Below the pieces are notes generated by a model. The model was not told where the DNA came from. It saw nothing but the letters and a program-made list of their open reading frames with translations, and ran no database searches. From the NCBI RefSeq assembly GCF_963921235.1, contig NC_086097.1, forward strand, positions 38,938,001 through 39,002,000: 64,000 nucleotides of DNA, written 5' to 3'. The translations under genes were made by a program, and so were the position numbers. This document shows positions 63,863 through 64,000 of this stretch, piece after piece. Source of the stretch: Mobula hypostoma (Eukaryota). Position 1 is the first letter of the stretch. Each line of letters begins with the position of its first letter.

Positions 63863-64000
63863 GTGTAGAGAACTCTCCAGGTTGCAGACTATTACATAGA
63901 GATCAAACACCTTCAGTCTTGCCTGGATCAGAGCTTATAGATCCATGTGAAGCAAGACCTTTCTCCAAACCGGATCTTGCATTATCAGAAGCTTTGAAAC
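63863..64000 (+). CDS. TOGARAM1: TOGARAM1 exon 13 (truncated by the window edge, start of TOG3)
   Basis: tttttatccttcatag|GT; phase 1; ends EARPFSKPDLALSEALK, similar to the mammalian ELRPFSKPEIALTEAL. Confidence 0.9.

Overview
This is vertebrate genomic DNA, not prokaryotic. The repeat complement (HE1/V-SINE-like SINEs, CR1 with (TTCTATG)n tails, Penelope terminal repeats, Rex1/Babar) points to a cartilaginous fish, probably a ray; that is an inference. The window holds the promoter and the first 13 coding exons of TOGARAM1 (FAM179B/Crescerin-1, a ciliary TOG-array microtubule regulator) on the + strand. All introns are GT-AG and all phases are compatible, giving about 1363 codons, and the gene runs off the right edge. 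The CpG-rich promoter carries motifs typical of bidirectional promoters, probably shared with a divergent KLHL28. The introns are filled with transposable elements: a Gmr1-like SCAN-domain LTR element with both LTRs, a Gypsy fragment, a solo LTR, a Buster-type hAT with a nested Tigger, a Tc1, and CR1, Rex1, RTE, Vingi and Penelope fragments plus SINEs. The most unusual observations are (i) fold-back palindromic DNA transposons built from two inverted 3' transposase halves (a Tc1 in intron 7 and a Tigger in intron 1), (ii) a 1.65 kb chimeric insert ending in a CR1 tail that splits another CR1, and (iii) a non-autonomous Gmr1-like element that keeps Gag-SCAN-protease but has lost most of IN and RT. 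I found no CRISPR array, operon or RNA gene, and no clearly new gene system. Family names come from motif recognition, not database searches.
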